Both the position numbers and the translations under genes were made by a program. The notes under the pieces are model-generated. The model saw only the letters and a program-made list of their open reading frames with translations, did no database searches and was not told the origin of the DNA. From positions 10,540,001 through 10,604,000 of the forward strand of contig OZ024757.1 in the NCBI GenBank assembly GCA_964016885.1: a stretch of DNA of 64,000 nt. The letters are read 5' to 3'. Positions within the stretch are counted from its first letter, which is position 1. Every line of letters starts with the position of its first letter. Below, in pieces: positions 35,101-47,100 of this stretch. This stretch comes from Eledone cirrhosa. Its lineage: Eukaryota.

Positions 35101-38100
35101 GTGTTGATGGTGGTGGCGGAGGTGGTAGTGTTGATGGTGGTGGTGGTGGTGGTAGTGTTGATGGTGGTGATGGTGGTGGTACTGTTGATGGTGGTGGAGG
35201 TGGTGGTGGTAGTGTTGATGGTGGTGGCGGTGGTGGTGGTAGTGTTGATGGTGGTGGTTGTAGTGTTGATGGTGGTGGCGGTGGTGGTAGTGTTGATGGT
35301 GGTGGTGGTGGTACTGTTGATTGTGTTGGAGGTGGTGGTGGTAGTGTTGATGGTAGTGGCGGTGGTGGTGGTAGTGTTGATGGTGGTGGCGGTGGTGGTA
35401 GTGTTGATGGTGGTGGCGGTGGTGGTAGTGTTGATGGTGGTGGCGGTGGTGGTAGTGTTGATGGTGGCGTTGGCGGTGGTGGTAGTGTTGATGGTGGTGG
35501 CGGTGGTGGTGGTAGTGTTGATGGTGGTGGCCGTGGTGGTAGAGTTGATGGTGATGGCGGTGGTGGTAGTGTTGATTGTGGTGGCGGTGGTGGTAGTGTT
35601 GAGGGTGGTGGCGGTGGTGGTAGTGTTGAGTGTGGTGGAGGTGTTGGTGGTAGTGCTGATGGTGGTGGCGGTGGTGGTGGTAGTGTTGATGGTGGAGGCG
35701 GTGGTGGTAGAGTTGATGGTGATGGTGGTGGTGGTAGTGTTGATGGTGGTGGCGGTGGTGGTAGTGTTGATGGTGGTGGCGGTGGTGGTAGTGTTGAGTG
35801 TGGTGGAGGTGTTGGTGGTAGTGTTGATGGTGGTGGCGGTGGTGGTGGTAGTGTTGATGGTGGTGGCGGTGGTGGTAGTGTTGATGGTGGTGGTGGTGGT
35901 GGTAGTGTTGATGGTGGTGGTGGTGGTGGTACTGTTGATGGTGGTGGCGGTGGTGGTAGAGTTGATGGTGATGGCGGTGGTGGTAGTGTTGATTGTGGTG
36001 GCGGTGGTGGTAGTGTTGATGGTGGTGGCGGTGGTGGTAGTGTTGATGGTGGTGGCGGTGGTGGTAGTGTTGATGGTGGTGGCGGTGGTGGTAGTGTTGA
36101 GTGTGGTGGAGGTGTTGGTGGCAGTGTTGATGGTGGTGGCGGTGGTGGTGGTAGTGTTGATGGTGGTGGCGGTGGTGGTAGAGTTGATGGTGATGGTGGT
36201 GGTGGTAGTGTTGATGGTGGTGGCGGTGGTGGTAGTGTTGATGTTGGTGGCGGTGGTGGTAGTGTTGATGGTGCTGGAGGTGTTGGTGGTAGTGTTGATG
36301 GTGGTGGCGGTGGAGGTAGTGTTGATGGCGGTGGCGGTGGTCGTAGTGTTGAGTGTGGTGGAGGTGTTGGTGGTAGTGTTGATGGTGGTGGCGGTGGTGG
36401 TGGTAGTGTTGATGGCGGTGGCGGTGGTGGTAGTATTGATGGTGATGGCGGTGGTGGTAGTGTTGATGGTGGAGGTGTTGGTGGTAGTGTTGATGGTGGT
36501 GGCGGTGGTGGTGGTAGTGTTTCTGGTGGTGGCGGTGGTGGTAGAGTTGATGGTGATGGTGGTGGTGGTAGTGTTGATGGTGGTGGCGGTGGTGTTAGTG
36601 TTGATGGTGGTGGCGGTGGTGGTAGTGTTGATGGTGCTGGAGGTGTTGGTGGTAGTGTTGATGGTGGTGGCGGTGGTGGTGGTAGTGTTGATGGTGGTGG
36701 CGGTGGTGGTAGTGTTGATGATGGTGGCGGTGGTGGTAGTGTTGATCGTGGTGGTGGTGGTGGCAGTGTTGATGGTGGTGGCGGTGGTGATGGTAGTTTT
36801 GATGGTGGTGGCGGTGGTGGTGGTAGTGTTGTTGGTGGTGGCGGTGGTGGTAGTGTTGATGGTGGTGGCGGTGGTGGTAGTATTGATGATGGTGGCGGTG
36901 GTGGTGGTAGTGTTGATGGTGGTGGTGGTGGTGGTAGTTTTGATCGTGGTGGTGGTGGTGGCAGTGTTGATGGTGGTGGCGGTGGTGATGGTAGTTTTGA
37001 TGGTGGTGGCGGTGGTGGTGCTAGTGTTGTTGGTGGTGGCGGTGGTGGTAGTGTTGATGGTGGTGGCGGTGGTGGTAGTATTGATGATGGTGGCGGTGGT
37101 GGTGGTAGTGTTGATGGTGGTGGCGGTGGTGGTACTGTTGATGGTGGTGGAGGTGGTGGTGGTAGTGTTGATGGTGGTGGCGGTGGTGCTGGTAGTGTTG
37201 ATGGTGGTGACTGTGGTGGTGGTAGTGTTGATGGTGGTGGCGGTGGTGGTAGTGTTGATGGTGGTGGCAGTGGTGGTAGTATTGATGATGGTGGCGGTGG
37301 TGGTGGTAGTATTGATGGTGGTGGCGGTGGTGGTAGTGTTGATGGTGGTGGCGGTGGTGCTGGTAGTGTTGATGGTGGTGACTGTGGTGGTGGTAGTGTT
37401 GATGGTGGTGGCAGTGGTGGTAGTGTTGATGGTGGTGGCGGTGGTGGTAGTGTTGATGGTGGTGGTGCTAGTGTTGATGATGGTGGCGGTGGTGGTAGTG
37501 TTGATGGCGGTGGCGGTGGTGGTAGTGTTGATGGTGGTGGCGGTGGTGGTAGTGTTGAGTGTGGTGGAGGTGTTGGTGGTAGTGTTGATGGTGGTGGCGG
37601 TGGTGGTGGTAGTGTTGATGGTGGTGGCGGTGGTGGTAGTGTTGATGGTGGTGGTGGTGGTGGTAGTGTTGATGGTGGTGGTGGTGGTGGTACTGTTGAT
37701 GGTGGTGGAGGTGGTGGTGGTAGTGTTGATGGTGGTGGCGGTGGTGGTGGTAGTGTTGATGGTGGTGGTGGTAGTGTTGATGGTGGTGGCGGTGGTGGTA
37801 GTGTTGATGGCGGTGGCGGTGGTGGTAGTATTGATGGTGATGGCGGTTGTGGTAGTGTTGATGGTGGAGGTGGTGGTGGTAGTGTTGATGGTGGTGGCGA
37901 TGGTGGTGGTAGTGTTGATGGTGGTGGCGGTGGTGGTAGAGTTGATGGTGATGGCGGTGGTGGTAGTGTTGATGGTGGTGGCGGTGGTGGTAGTGTTGAT
38001 CGTGGTGGCGGTGGTGGTAGTGTTGAGTGTGGTGGAGGTGTTGGTGGTAGTGTTGATGGTGGTGGCGGTGGTGGTGGTAGTGTTGATGGTGGTGGCGGTG

Positions 38101-41100
38101 GTGGTAGTGTTGATGGTGGTGGCGGTGGTGGTAGTGTTGATGGTGGTGGCGGTGGTGGTAGTGTTGATGGTGGTGGCGGTGGTGGTGGTAGTGTTGATGG
38201 TGGTGGCGGTGGTGGTAGAGTTGATGGTGATGGCGGTGGTGGTAGTGTTGATTGTGGTGGCGGTGGAGGTAGTGTTGATGGTGGTGGCGGTGGTCGTAGT
38301 GTTGAGTGTGGTGGAGGTGTTGGTGGTAGTGTTGATGGTGGTGGCGGTGGTGGTGGTAGTGTTGATGGTGGTGGCGGTGGTGGTAGTGTTGAGTGTGGTG
38401 GAGGTGTTGGTGGTAGTGTTGATGGTGGTGGCGGTGGTGGTGGTAGTGTTTCTGGTGGTGGCGGTGGTGGTAGAGTTGATGGTGATGGTGGTGGTGGTAG
38501 TGTTGATGGTGGTGGCGGTGGTGTTAGTGTTGATGGTGGTGGCGGTGGTGGTAGTGTTCATGGTGCTGGAGGTGTTGGTGGTAGTGTTGATGGTGGTGGC
38601 GGTGGTGGTAGTGTTGATGGTGGTGGTGGTAGTGTTGATGGTGGTGGCGGTGGTGGTAGTGCTGATGGCGGTGGCGGTGGTGGTAGTGTTGATGGTGATG
38701 GCGGGGATGTTGGTGTTGATAGTGTTCGCCGTGGTGGTAGTGTTGATGGTGGTGGCGGTGGTGGTGGTAGTGTTGATGTTGATGGCGGTGGTGGTAGTGT
38801 TGATGGTGGTGGCGGAGGTGGTAGTGTTGATGGTGGTGGTGGTGGTGGTAGTGTTGATGGTGGTGATGGTGGTGGTACTGTTGATGGTGGTGGAGGTGGT
38901 GGTGGTAGTGTTGATGGTGGTGGCGGTGGTGGTGGTAGTGTTGATGGTGGTGGTTGTAGTGTTGATGGTGGTGGCGGTGGTGGTAGTGTTGATGGTGGTG
39001 GTGGTGGTACTGTTGATTGTGTTGGAGGTGGTGGTGGTAGTGTTGATGGTAGTGGCGGTGGTGGTGGTAGTGTTGATGGTGGTGGCGGTGGTGGTAGTGT
39101 TGATGGTGGTGGCGGTGGTGGTAGTGTTGATGGTGGTGGCGGTGGTGGTAGTGTTGATGGTGGCGTTGGCGGTGGTGGTAGTGTTGATGGTGGTGGCGGT
39201 GGTGGTGGTAGTGTTGATGGTGGTGGCCGTGGTGGTAGAGTTGATGGTGATGGCGGTGGTGGTAGTGTTGATTGTGGTGGCGGTGGTGGTAGTGTTGAGG
39301 GTGGTGGCGGTGGTGGTAGTGTTGAGTGTGGTGGAGGTGTTGGTGGTAGTGCTGATGGTGGTGGCGGTGGTGGTGGTAGTGTTGATGGTGGAGGCGGTGG
39401 TGGTAGAGTTGATGGTGATGGTGGTGGTGGTAGTGTTGATGGTGGTGGCGGTGGTGGTAGTGTTGATGGTGGTGGCGGTGGTGGTAGTGTTGAGTGTGGT
39501 GGAGGTGTTGGTGGTAGTGTTGATGGTGGTGGCGGTGGTGGTGGTAGTGTTGATGGTGGTGGCGGTGGTGGTAGTGTTGATGGTGGTGGTGGTGGTGGTA
39601 GTGTTGATGGTGGTGGTGGTGGTGGTACTGTTGATGGTGGTGGCGGTGGTGGTAGAGTTGATGGTGATGGCGGTGGTGGTAGTGTTGATTGTGGTGGCGG
39701 TGGTGGTAGTGTTGATGGTGGTGGCGGTGGTGGTAGTGTTGATGGTGGTGGCGGTGGTGGTAGTGTTGATGGTGGTGGCGGTGGTGGTAGTGTTGAGTGT
39801 GGTGGAGGTGTTGGTGGCAGTGTTGATGGTGGTGGCGGTGGTGGTGGTAGTGTTGATGGTGGTGGCGGTGGTGGTAGAGTTGATGGTGATGGTGGTGGTG
39901 GTAGTGTTGATGGTGGTGGCGGTGGTGGTAGTGTTGATGTTGGTGGCGGTGGTGGTAGTGTTGATGGTGCTGGAGGTGTTGGTGGTAGTGTTGATGGTGG
40001 TGGCGGTGGAGGTAGTGTTGATGGCGGTGGCGGTGGTCGTAGTGTTGAGTGTGGTGGAGGTGTTGGTGGTAGTGTTGATGGTGGTGGCGGTGGTGGTGGT
40101 AGTGTTGATGGCGGTGGCGGTGGTGGTAGTATTGATGGTGATGGCGGTGGTGGTAGTGTTGATGGTGGAGGTGTTGGTGGTAGTGTTGATGGTGGTGGCG
40201 GTGGTGGTGGTAGTGTTTCTGGTGGTGGCGGTGGTGGTAGAGTTGATGGTGATGGTGGTGGTGGTAGTGTTGATGGTGGTGGCGGTGGTGTTAGTGTTGA
40301 TGGTGGTGGCGGTGGTGGTAGTGTTGATGGTGCTGGAGGTGTTGGTGGTAGTGTTGATGGTGGTGGCGGTGGTGGTGGTAGTGTTGATGGTGGTGGCGGT
40401 GGTGGTAGTGTTGATGATGGTGGCGGTGGTGGTAGTGTTGATCGTGGTGGTGGTGGTGGCAGTGTTGATGGTGGTGGCGGTGGTGATGGTAGTTTTGATG
40501 GTGGTGGCGGTGGTGGTGGTAGTGTTGTTGGTGGTGGCGGTGGTGGTAGTGTTGATGGTGGTGGCGGTGGTGGTAGTATTGATGATGGTGGCGGTGGTGG
40601 TGGTAGTGTTGATGGTGGTGGTGGTGGTGGTAGTTTTGATCGTGGTGGTGGTGGTGGCAGTGTTGATGGTGGTGGCGGTGGTGATGGTAGTTTTGATGGT
40701 GGTGGCGGTGGTGGTGCTAGTGTTGTTGGTGGTGGCGGTGGTGGTAGTGTTGATGGTGGTGGCGGTGGTGGTAGTATTGATGATGGTGGCGGTGGTGGTG
40801 GTAGTGTTGATGGTGGTGGCGGTGGTGGTACTGTTGATGGTGGTGGAGGTGGTGGTGGTAGTGTTGATGGTGGTGGCGGTGGTGCTGGTAGTGTTGATGG
40901 TGGTGACTGTGGTGGTGGTAGTGTTGATGGTGGTGGCGGTGGTGGTAGTGTTGATGGTGGTGGCAGTGGTGGTAGTATTGATGATGGTGGCGGTGGTGGT
41001 GGTAGTATTGATGGTGGTGGCGGTGGTGGTAGTGTTGATGGTGGTGGCGGTGGTGCTGGTAGTGTTGATGGTGGTGACTGTGGTGGTGGTAGTGTTGATG

Positions 41101-44100
41101 GTGGTGGCAGTGGTGGTAGTGTTGATGGTGGTGGCGGTGGTGGTAGTGTTGATGGTGGTGGTGCTAGTGTTGATGATGGTGGCGGTGGTGGTAGTGTTGA
41201 TGGCGGTGGCGGTGGTGGTAGTGTTGATGGTGGTGGCGGTGGTGGTAGTGTTGAGTGTGGTGGAGGTGTTGGTGGTAGTGTTGATGGTGGTGGCGGTGGT
41301 GGTGGTAGTGTTGATGGTGGTGGCGGTGGTGGTAGTGTTGATGGTGGTGGTGGTGGTGGTAGTGTTGATGGTGGTGGTGGTGGTGGTACTGTTGATGGTG
41401 GTGGAGGTGGTGGTGGTAGTGTTGATGGTGGTGGCGGTGGTGGTGGTAGTGTTGATGGTGGTGGTGGTAGTGTTGATGGTGGTGGCGGTGGTGGTAGTGT
41501 TGATGGCGGTGGCGGTGGTGGTAGTATTGATGGTGATGGCGGTTGTGGTAGTGTTGATGGTGGAGGTGGTGGTGGTAGTGTTGATGGTGGTGGCGATGGT
41601 GGTGGTAGTGTTGATGGTGGTGGCGGTGGTGGTAGAGTTGATGGTGATGGCGGTGGTGGTAGTGTTGATGGTGGTGGCGGTGGTGGTAGTGTTGATCGTG
41701 GTGGCGGTGGTGGTAGTGTTGAGTGTGGTGGAGGTGTTGGTGGTAGTGTTGATGGTGGTGGCGGTGGTGGTGGTAGTGTTGATGGTGGTGGCGGTGGTGG
41801 TAGTGTTGATGGTGGTGGCGGTGGTGGTAGTGTTGATGGTGGTGGCGGTGGTGGTAGTGTTGATGGTGGTGGCGGTGGTGGTGGTAGTGTTGATGGTGGT
41901 GGCGGTGGTGGTAGAGTTGATGGTGATGGCGGTGGTGGTAGTGTTGATTGTGGTGGCGGTGGAGGTAGTGTTGATGGTGGTGGCGGTGGTCGTAGTGTTG
42001 AGTGTGGTGGAGGTGTTGGTGGTAGTGTTGATGGTGGTGGCGGTGGTGGTGGTAGTGTTGATGGTGGTGGCGGTGGTGGTAGTGTTGAGTGTGGTGGAGG
42101 TGTTGGTGGTAGTGTTGATGGTGGTGGCGGTGGTGGTGGTAGTGTTTCTGGTGGTGGCGGTGGTGGTAGAGTTGATGGTGATGGTGGTGGTGGTAGTGTT
42201 GATGGTGGTGGCGGTGGTGTTAGTGTTGATGGTGGTGGCGGTGGTGGTAGTGTTCATGGTGCTGGAGGTGTTGGTGGTAGTGTTGATGGTGGTGGCGGTG
42301 GTGGTGGTAGTGTTGATGGTGGTGGCGGTGGTGGTAGTGTTGATGATGGTGGCGGTGGTGATGGTAGTTTTGATGGTGGTGGCGGTGGTGGTGGTAGTGT
42401 TGATCGTGGTGGTGGTGGTGGCAGTGCTGATGGTGGTGGCGGTGGTGGTGGTAGTGTTGATCGTGGTGGTGGTGGTGGCAGTGTTGATGGTGGTGGCGGT
42501 GGTGATGGTAGTTTTGATGGTGGTGGCGGTGGTGGTGGTAGTGTTGTTGGTGGTGGCGGTGGTGGTAGTGTTGATGGTGGTGGCGGTGGTGGTAGTATTG
42601 ATGATGGTGGCGGTGGTGGTGGTAGTGTTGATGGTGGTGGCGGTGGTGGTACTGTTGATGGTGGTGGAGGTGGTGGTGGTAGTGTTGATGGTGGTGGCGG
42701 TGGTGGTGGTAGTGTTGATGGTGGTGGCCGTGGTGGTAGAGTTGATGGTGATGGCGGTGGTGGTAGTGTTGATGGTGGAGGTGGTGGTGGTAGTGTTGAT
42801 GGTGGTGGTGGTGGTGGTGGTAGTGTTGATGGTGGTGGCGGTGGTGGTAGTGTTGATGGTGGTGGCGGTGGTGGTAGTGTTGTTGGTGGTGGCGGTGGTG
42901 GTAGTGTTGATGGTGGTGGTGGCGGTGGTGGTAGTGTTGATGGTGGTTGCGGTGGTGGTGGTAGTGTTGATGGTGGAGGCGGAGGTGGTAGAGTTGATGG
43001 TGATGGCGGTGGTGGTAGTGTTGATGGTGGTGGCGGTGGAGGTAGTGTTGATGGTGGTGGCGGTGGTGGTAGTGTTGAGTATGGTGGAGGTGTTGGTGAT
43101 AGTGTTGATGGTGGTGGCGGTGGTGGTGGTAGTGTTGATGGTGGTGGCGGTGGTGGTAGAGTTGATGGTGATGGTGGTGGTGGTAGTGTTGATGGTGGTG
43201 GCGGTGGTGGTAGTGTTGATGGTGGTGGCGGTGGTGGTAGTGTTGATGGTGCTGGAGGTGTTGGTGGTAGTGTTGATGGTGGTGGCGGTGGTGGTGGTAG
43301 TGTTTCTGGTGATGGCGGTGGTGGTAGTGTTGATGGTGGTGGCGGAGGTGGTAGTGTTGATGGTGGTGGTGGTGGTGCTAGAGTTGATGGTGGTGGTGGT
43401 GGTGGTACTGTTGATGGTGGTGGAGGTGGTGGTGGTAGTGTTGATGGTGGTGGCGGTGGTGGTGGTAGTGTTGATGGTGGTGGTGGTAGTGTTGATGGCG
43501 GTGGCGGTGGTGGTAGTGTTGATGGTGGTGGCGGTGGTGGTGGTAGTGTTGATGGTGGTGGCGGTGGTGGTAGAGTTGATGGTGATGGTGGTGGTGGTAG
43601 TGTTGATGGTGGTGGCGGTGGTGGTAGTGTTGATGGTGGTGGAGGTGGTGGTAGTGTTGATCGTGGTGGTGGTGGCAGTGTTGATGGTGGTGGCGGTGGT
43701 GATGGTAGTGTTGATGGTGGTGGCGGTGGTGGTGGTAGTGTTGTTGGTGGTGGCGGTGGTGGTAGTGTTGATGGTGGTGGTGCTGGTAGTGTTGATGGTG
43801 GTGACTGTGGTGGTGGTAGTGTTGATGGTGGTGGCGGTGGTGGTAGTGTTGATGGTGGTGGTGGTAGTGTTGATGGTGGTGGCGGTGGTGGTAGTGCTGA
43901 TGGCGGTGGCGGTGGTGGTAGTGTTGATGGTGATGGCGGGGATGTTGGTGTTGATAGTGTTCGCCGTGGTGGTAGTGTTGATGGTGGTGGCGGTGGTGGT
44001 GGTAGTGTTGATGTTGATGGCGGTGGTGGTAGTGTTGATGGTGGTGGCGGAGGTGGTAGTGTTGATGGTGGTGGTGGTGGTGGTAGTGTTGATGGTGGTG

Positions 44101-47100
44101 ATGGTGGTGGTACTGTTGATGGTGGTGGAGGTGGTGGTGGTAGTGTTGATGGTGGTGGCGGTGGTGGTGGTAGTGTTGATGGTGGTGGTTGTAGTGTTGA
44201 TGGTGGTGGCGGTGGTGGTAGTGTTGATGGTGGTGGTGGTGGTACTGTTGATTGTGTTGGAGGTGGTGGTGGTAGTGTTGATGGTAGTGGCGGTGGTGGT
44301 GGTAGTGTTGATGGTGGTGGCGGTGGTGGTAGTGTTGATGGTGGTGGCGGTGGTGGTAGTGTTGATGGTGGTGGCGGTGGTGGTAGTGTTGATGGTGGCG
44401 TTGGCGGTGGTGGTAGTGTTGATGGTGGTGGCGGTGGTGGTGGTAGTGTTGATGGTGGTGGCCGTGGTGGTAGAGTTGATGGTGATGGCGGTGGTGGTAG
44501 TGTTGATTGTGGTGGCGGTGGTGGTAGTGTTGAGGGTGGTGGCGGTGGTGGTAGTGTTGAGTGTGGTGGAGGTGTTGGTGGTAGTGCTGATGGTGGTGGC
44601 GGTGGTGGTGGTAGTGTTGATGGTGGAGGCGGTGGTGGTAGAGTTGATGGTGATGGTGGTGGTGGTAGTGTTGATGGTGGTGGCGGTGGTGGTAGTGTTG
44701 ATGGTGGTGGCGGTGGTGGTAGTGTTGAGTGTGGTGGAGGTGTTGGTGGTAGTGTTGATGGTGGTGGCGGTGGTGGTGGTAGTGTTGATGGTGGTGGCGG
44801 TGGTGGTAGTGTTGATGGTGGTGGTGGTGGTGGTAGTGTTGATGGTGGTGGTGGTGGTGGTACTGTTGATGGTGGTGGCGGTGGTGGTAGAGTTGATGGT
44901 GATGGCGGTGGTGGTAGTGTTGATTGTGGTGGCGGTGGTGGTAGTGTTGATGGTGGTGGCGGTGGTGGTAGTGTTGATGGTGGTGGCGGTGGTGGTAGTG
45001 TTGATGGTGGTGGCGGTGGTGGTAGTGTTGAGTGTGGTGGAGGTGTTGGTGGCAGTGTTGATGGTGGTGGCGGTGGTGGTGGTAGTGTTGATGGTGGTGG
45101 CGGTGGTGGTAGAGTTGATGGTGATGGTGGTGGTGGTAGTGTTGATGGTGGTGGCGGTGGTGGTAGTGTTGATGTTGGTGGCGGTGGTGGTAGTGTTGAT
45201 GGTGCTGGAGGTGTTGGTGGTAGTGTTGATGGTGGTGGCGGTGGTGGTGGTAGTGTTGATGGTGGTGGCGGTGGTGGTAGTGTTGATGGTGGTGGCGGTG
45301 GTGGTAGTGTTGATGGTGGTGGCGGTGGTGGTAGTGTTGATGGTGCTGGAGGTGTTGGTGGTAGTGTTGATGGTGGTGGCGGTGGTGGTGGTAGTGTTGA
45401 TGGTGGTGGCGGTGCTGGTAGTGTTGATGGTGGTGACTGTGGTGGTGGTAGTGTTGATGGTGGTGGCGGTGGTGGTAGTGTTGATGGTGGTGGCGGTGGT
45501 GGTAGTGTTGATGGTGGTGGTGGCGGTGGTGGTAGTGTTGATGGTGGTTGCGGTGGTGGTGGTAGTGTTGATGGTGGTGGCGGTGGTGGTAGAGTTGATG
45601 GTGATGGCGGTGGTGGTAGTGTTGATGGTGGTGGCGGTGGAGGTAGTGTTGATGGTGGTGGCGGTGGTGGTAGTGTTGAGTATGGTGGAGGTGTTGGTGG
45701 TAGTGTTGATGGTGGTGGCGGTGGTGGTGGTAGTGTTGATGGTGGTGGCGGTGGTGGTAGAGTTGATGGTGGTGGCGGTGGTGGTGGTAGTGTTGATGGT
45801 GGTGGCGGTGGTGGTAGAGTTGATGGTGATGGCGGTGGTGGTAGTGTTGATGGTGGTGGCGGTGGTGGTAGTGTTGATGGTGGTGGCGGTGGTGGTAGTG
45901 TTGAGTGTGGTGGAGGTGTTGGTGGTAGTGTTGATGGTGGTGGCGGTGGTGGTGGTAGTGTTGATGGTGGTGGCGGTGGTGGTAGTGTTGATGGTGCTGG
46001 AGGTGTTGGTGGTAGTGTTGATGGTGGTGGCGGTGGTGGTGGTAGTGTTGATGGTGGTGGCGGTGGTGGTATTGTTGAGTGTGGTGGAGGTGTTGGTGGT
46101 AGTGTTGATGGTTCTGGCGGTGGTGGTGGTAGATTTGATGGTGGTGGCGGTAGTGTTGATGGTGGTGGCGGTGGTGGTAGTGTTGATGGTGGTGGCGGTG
46201 GTGGTAGTGTTGATGGTGGTGGCGGTGGTGGTAGTGTTGATGATGGCGGTGGCGGTGGTGGTAGTGTTGATGGTGGTGGCGGTGGTGGTGGTAGTGTTGA
46301 TGGTGGTGGCCGTGGTGGTAGAGTTGATTGTGGTGGCGGTGGTGGTAGTGTTGAGGGTGGTGGCGGTGGTGGTAGTGTTGAGTGTGGTGGAGGTGTTGGT
46401 GGTAGTGCTGATGGTGGTGGCGGTGGTGGTGGTAGTGTTGATGGTGGTGGCGGTGGTGGTAGAGTTGATGGTGATGGTGGTGGTGGTAGTGTTGATGGTG
46501 GTGGCGGTGGTGGTAGTGTTGATGGTGGTGGCGGTGGTGGTAGTGTTGAGTGTGGTGGAGGTGTTGGTGGTAGTGTTGATGGTGGTGGCGGTGGTGGTGG
46601 TAGTGTTGATGGTGGTGGCGGTGGTGGTAGTGTTGATGGTGGTGGTGGTGGTGGTAGTGTTGATGGTGGTGGTGGTGGTGGTACTGTTGATGGTGGTGGC
46701 GGTGGTGGTAGAGTTGATGGTGATGGCGGTGGTGGTAGTGTTGATTGTGGTGGCGGTGGTGGTAGTGTTGATGGTGGTGGCGGTGGTGGTAGTGTTGATG
46801 GTGGTGGCGGTGGTGGTAGTGTTGATGGTGGTGGCGGTGGTGGTAGTGTTGAGTGTGGTGGAGGTGTTGGTGGTAGTGTTGATGGTGGTGGCGGTGGTGG
46901 TGGTAGTGTTGATGGTGGTGGCGTTGGTGGTAGAGTTGATGGTGATGGTGGTGGTGGTAGTGTTGATGGTGGTGGCAGTGGTGGTAGTGTTGATGGTGGT
47001 GGCGGTGGTGGTAGTGTTGATGGTGCTGGAGGTGTTGGTGGTAGTGTTGATGGTGGTGGCGGTGGTGGTGGTAGTGTTGATGGTGGTGGCGGTGGTGGTA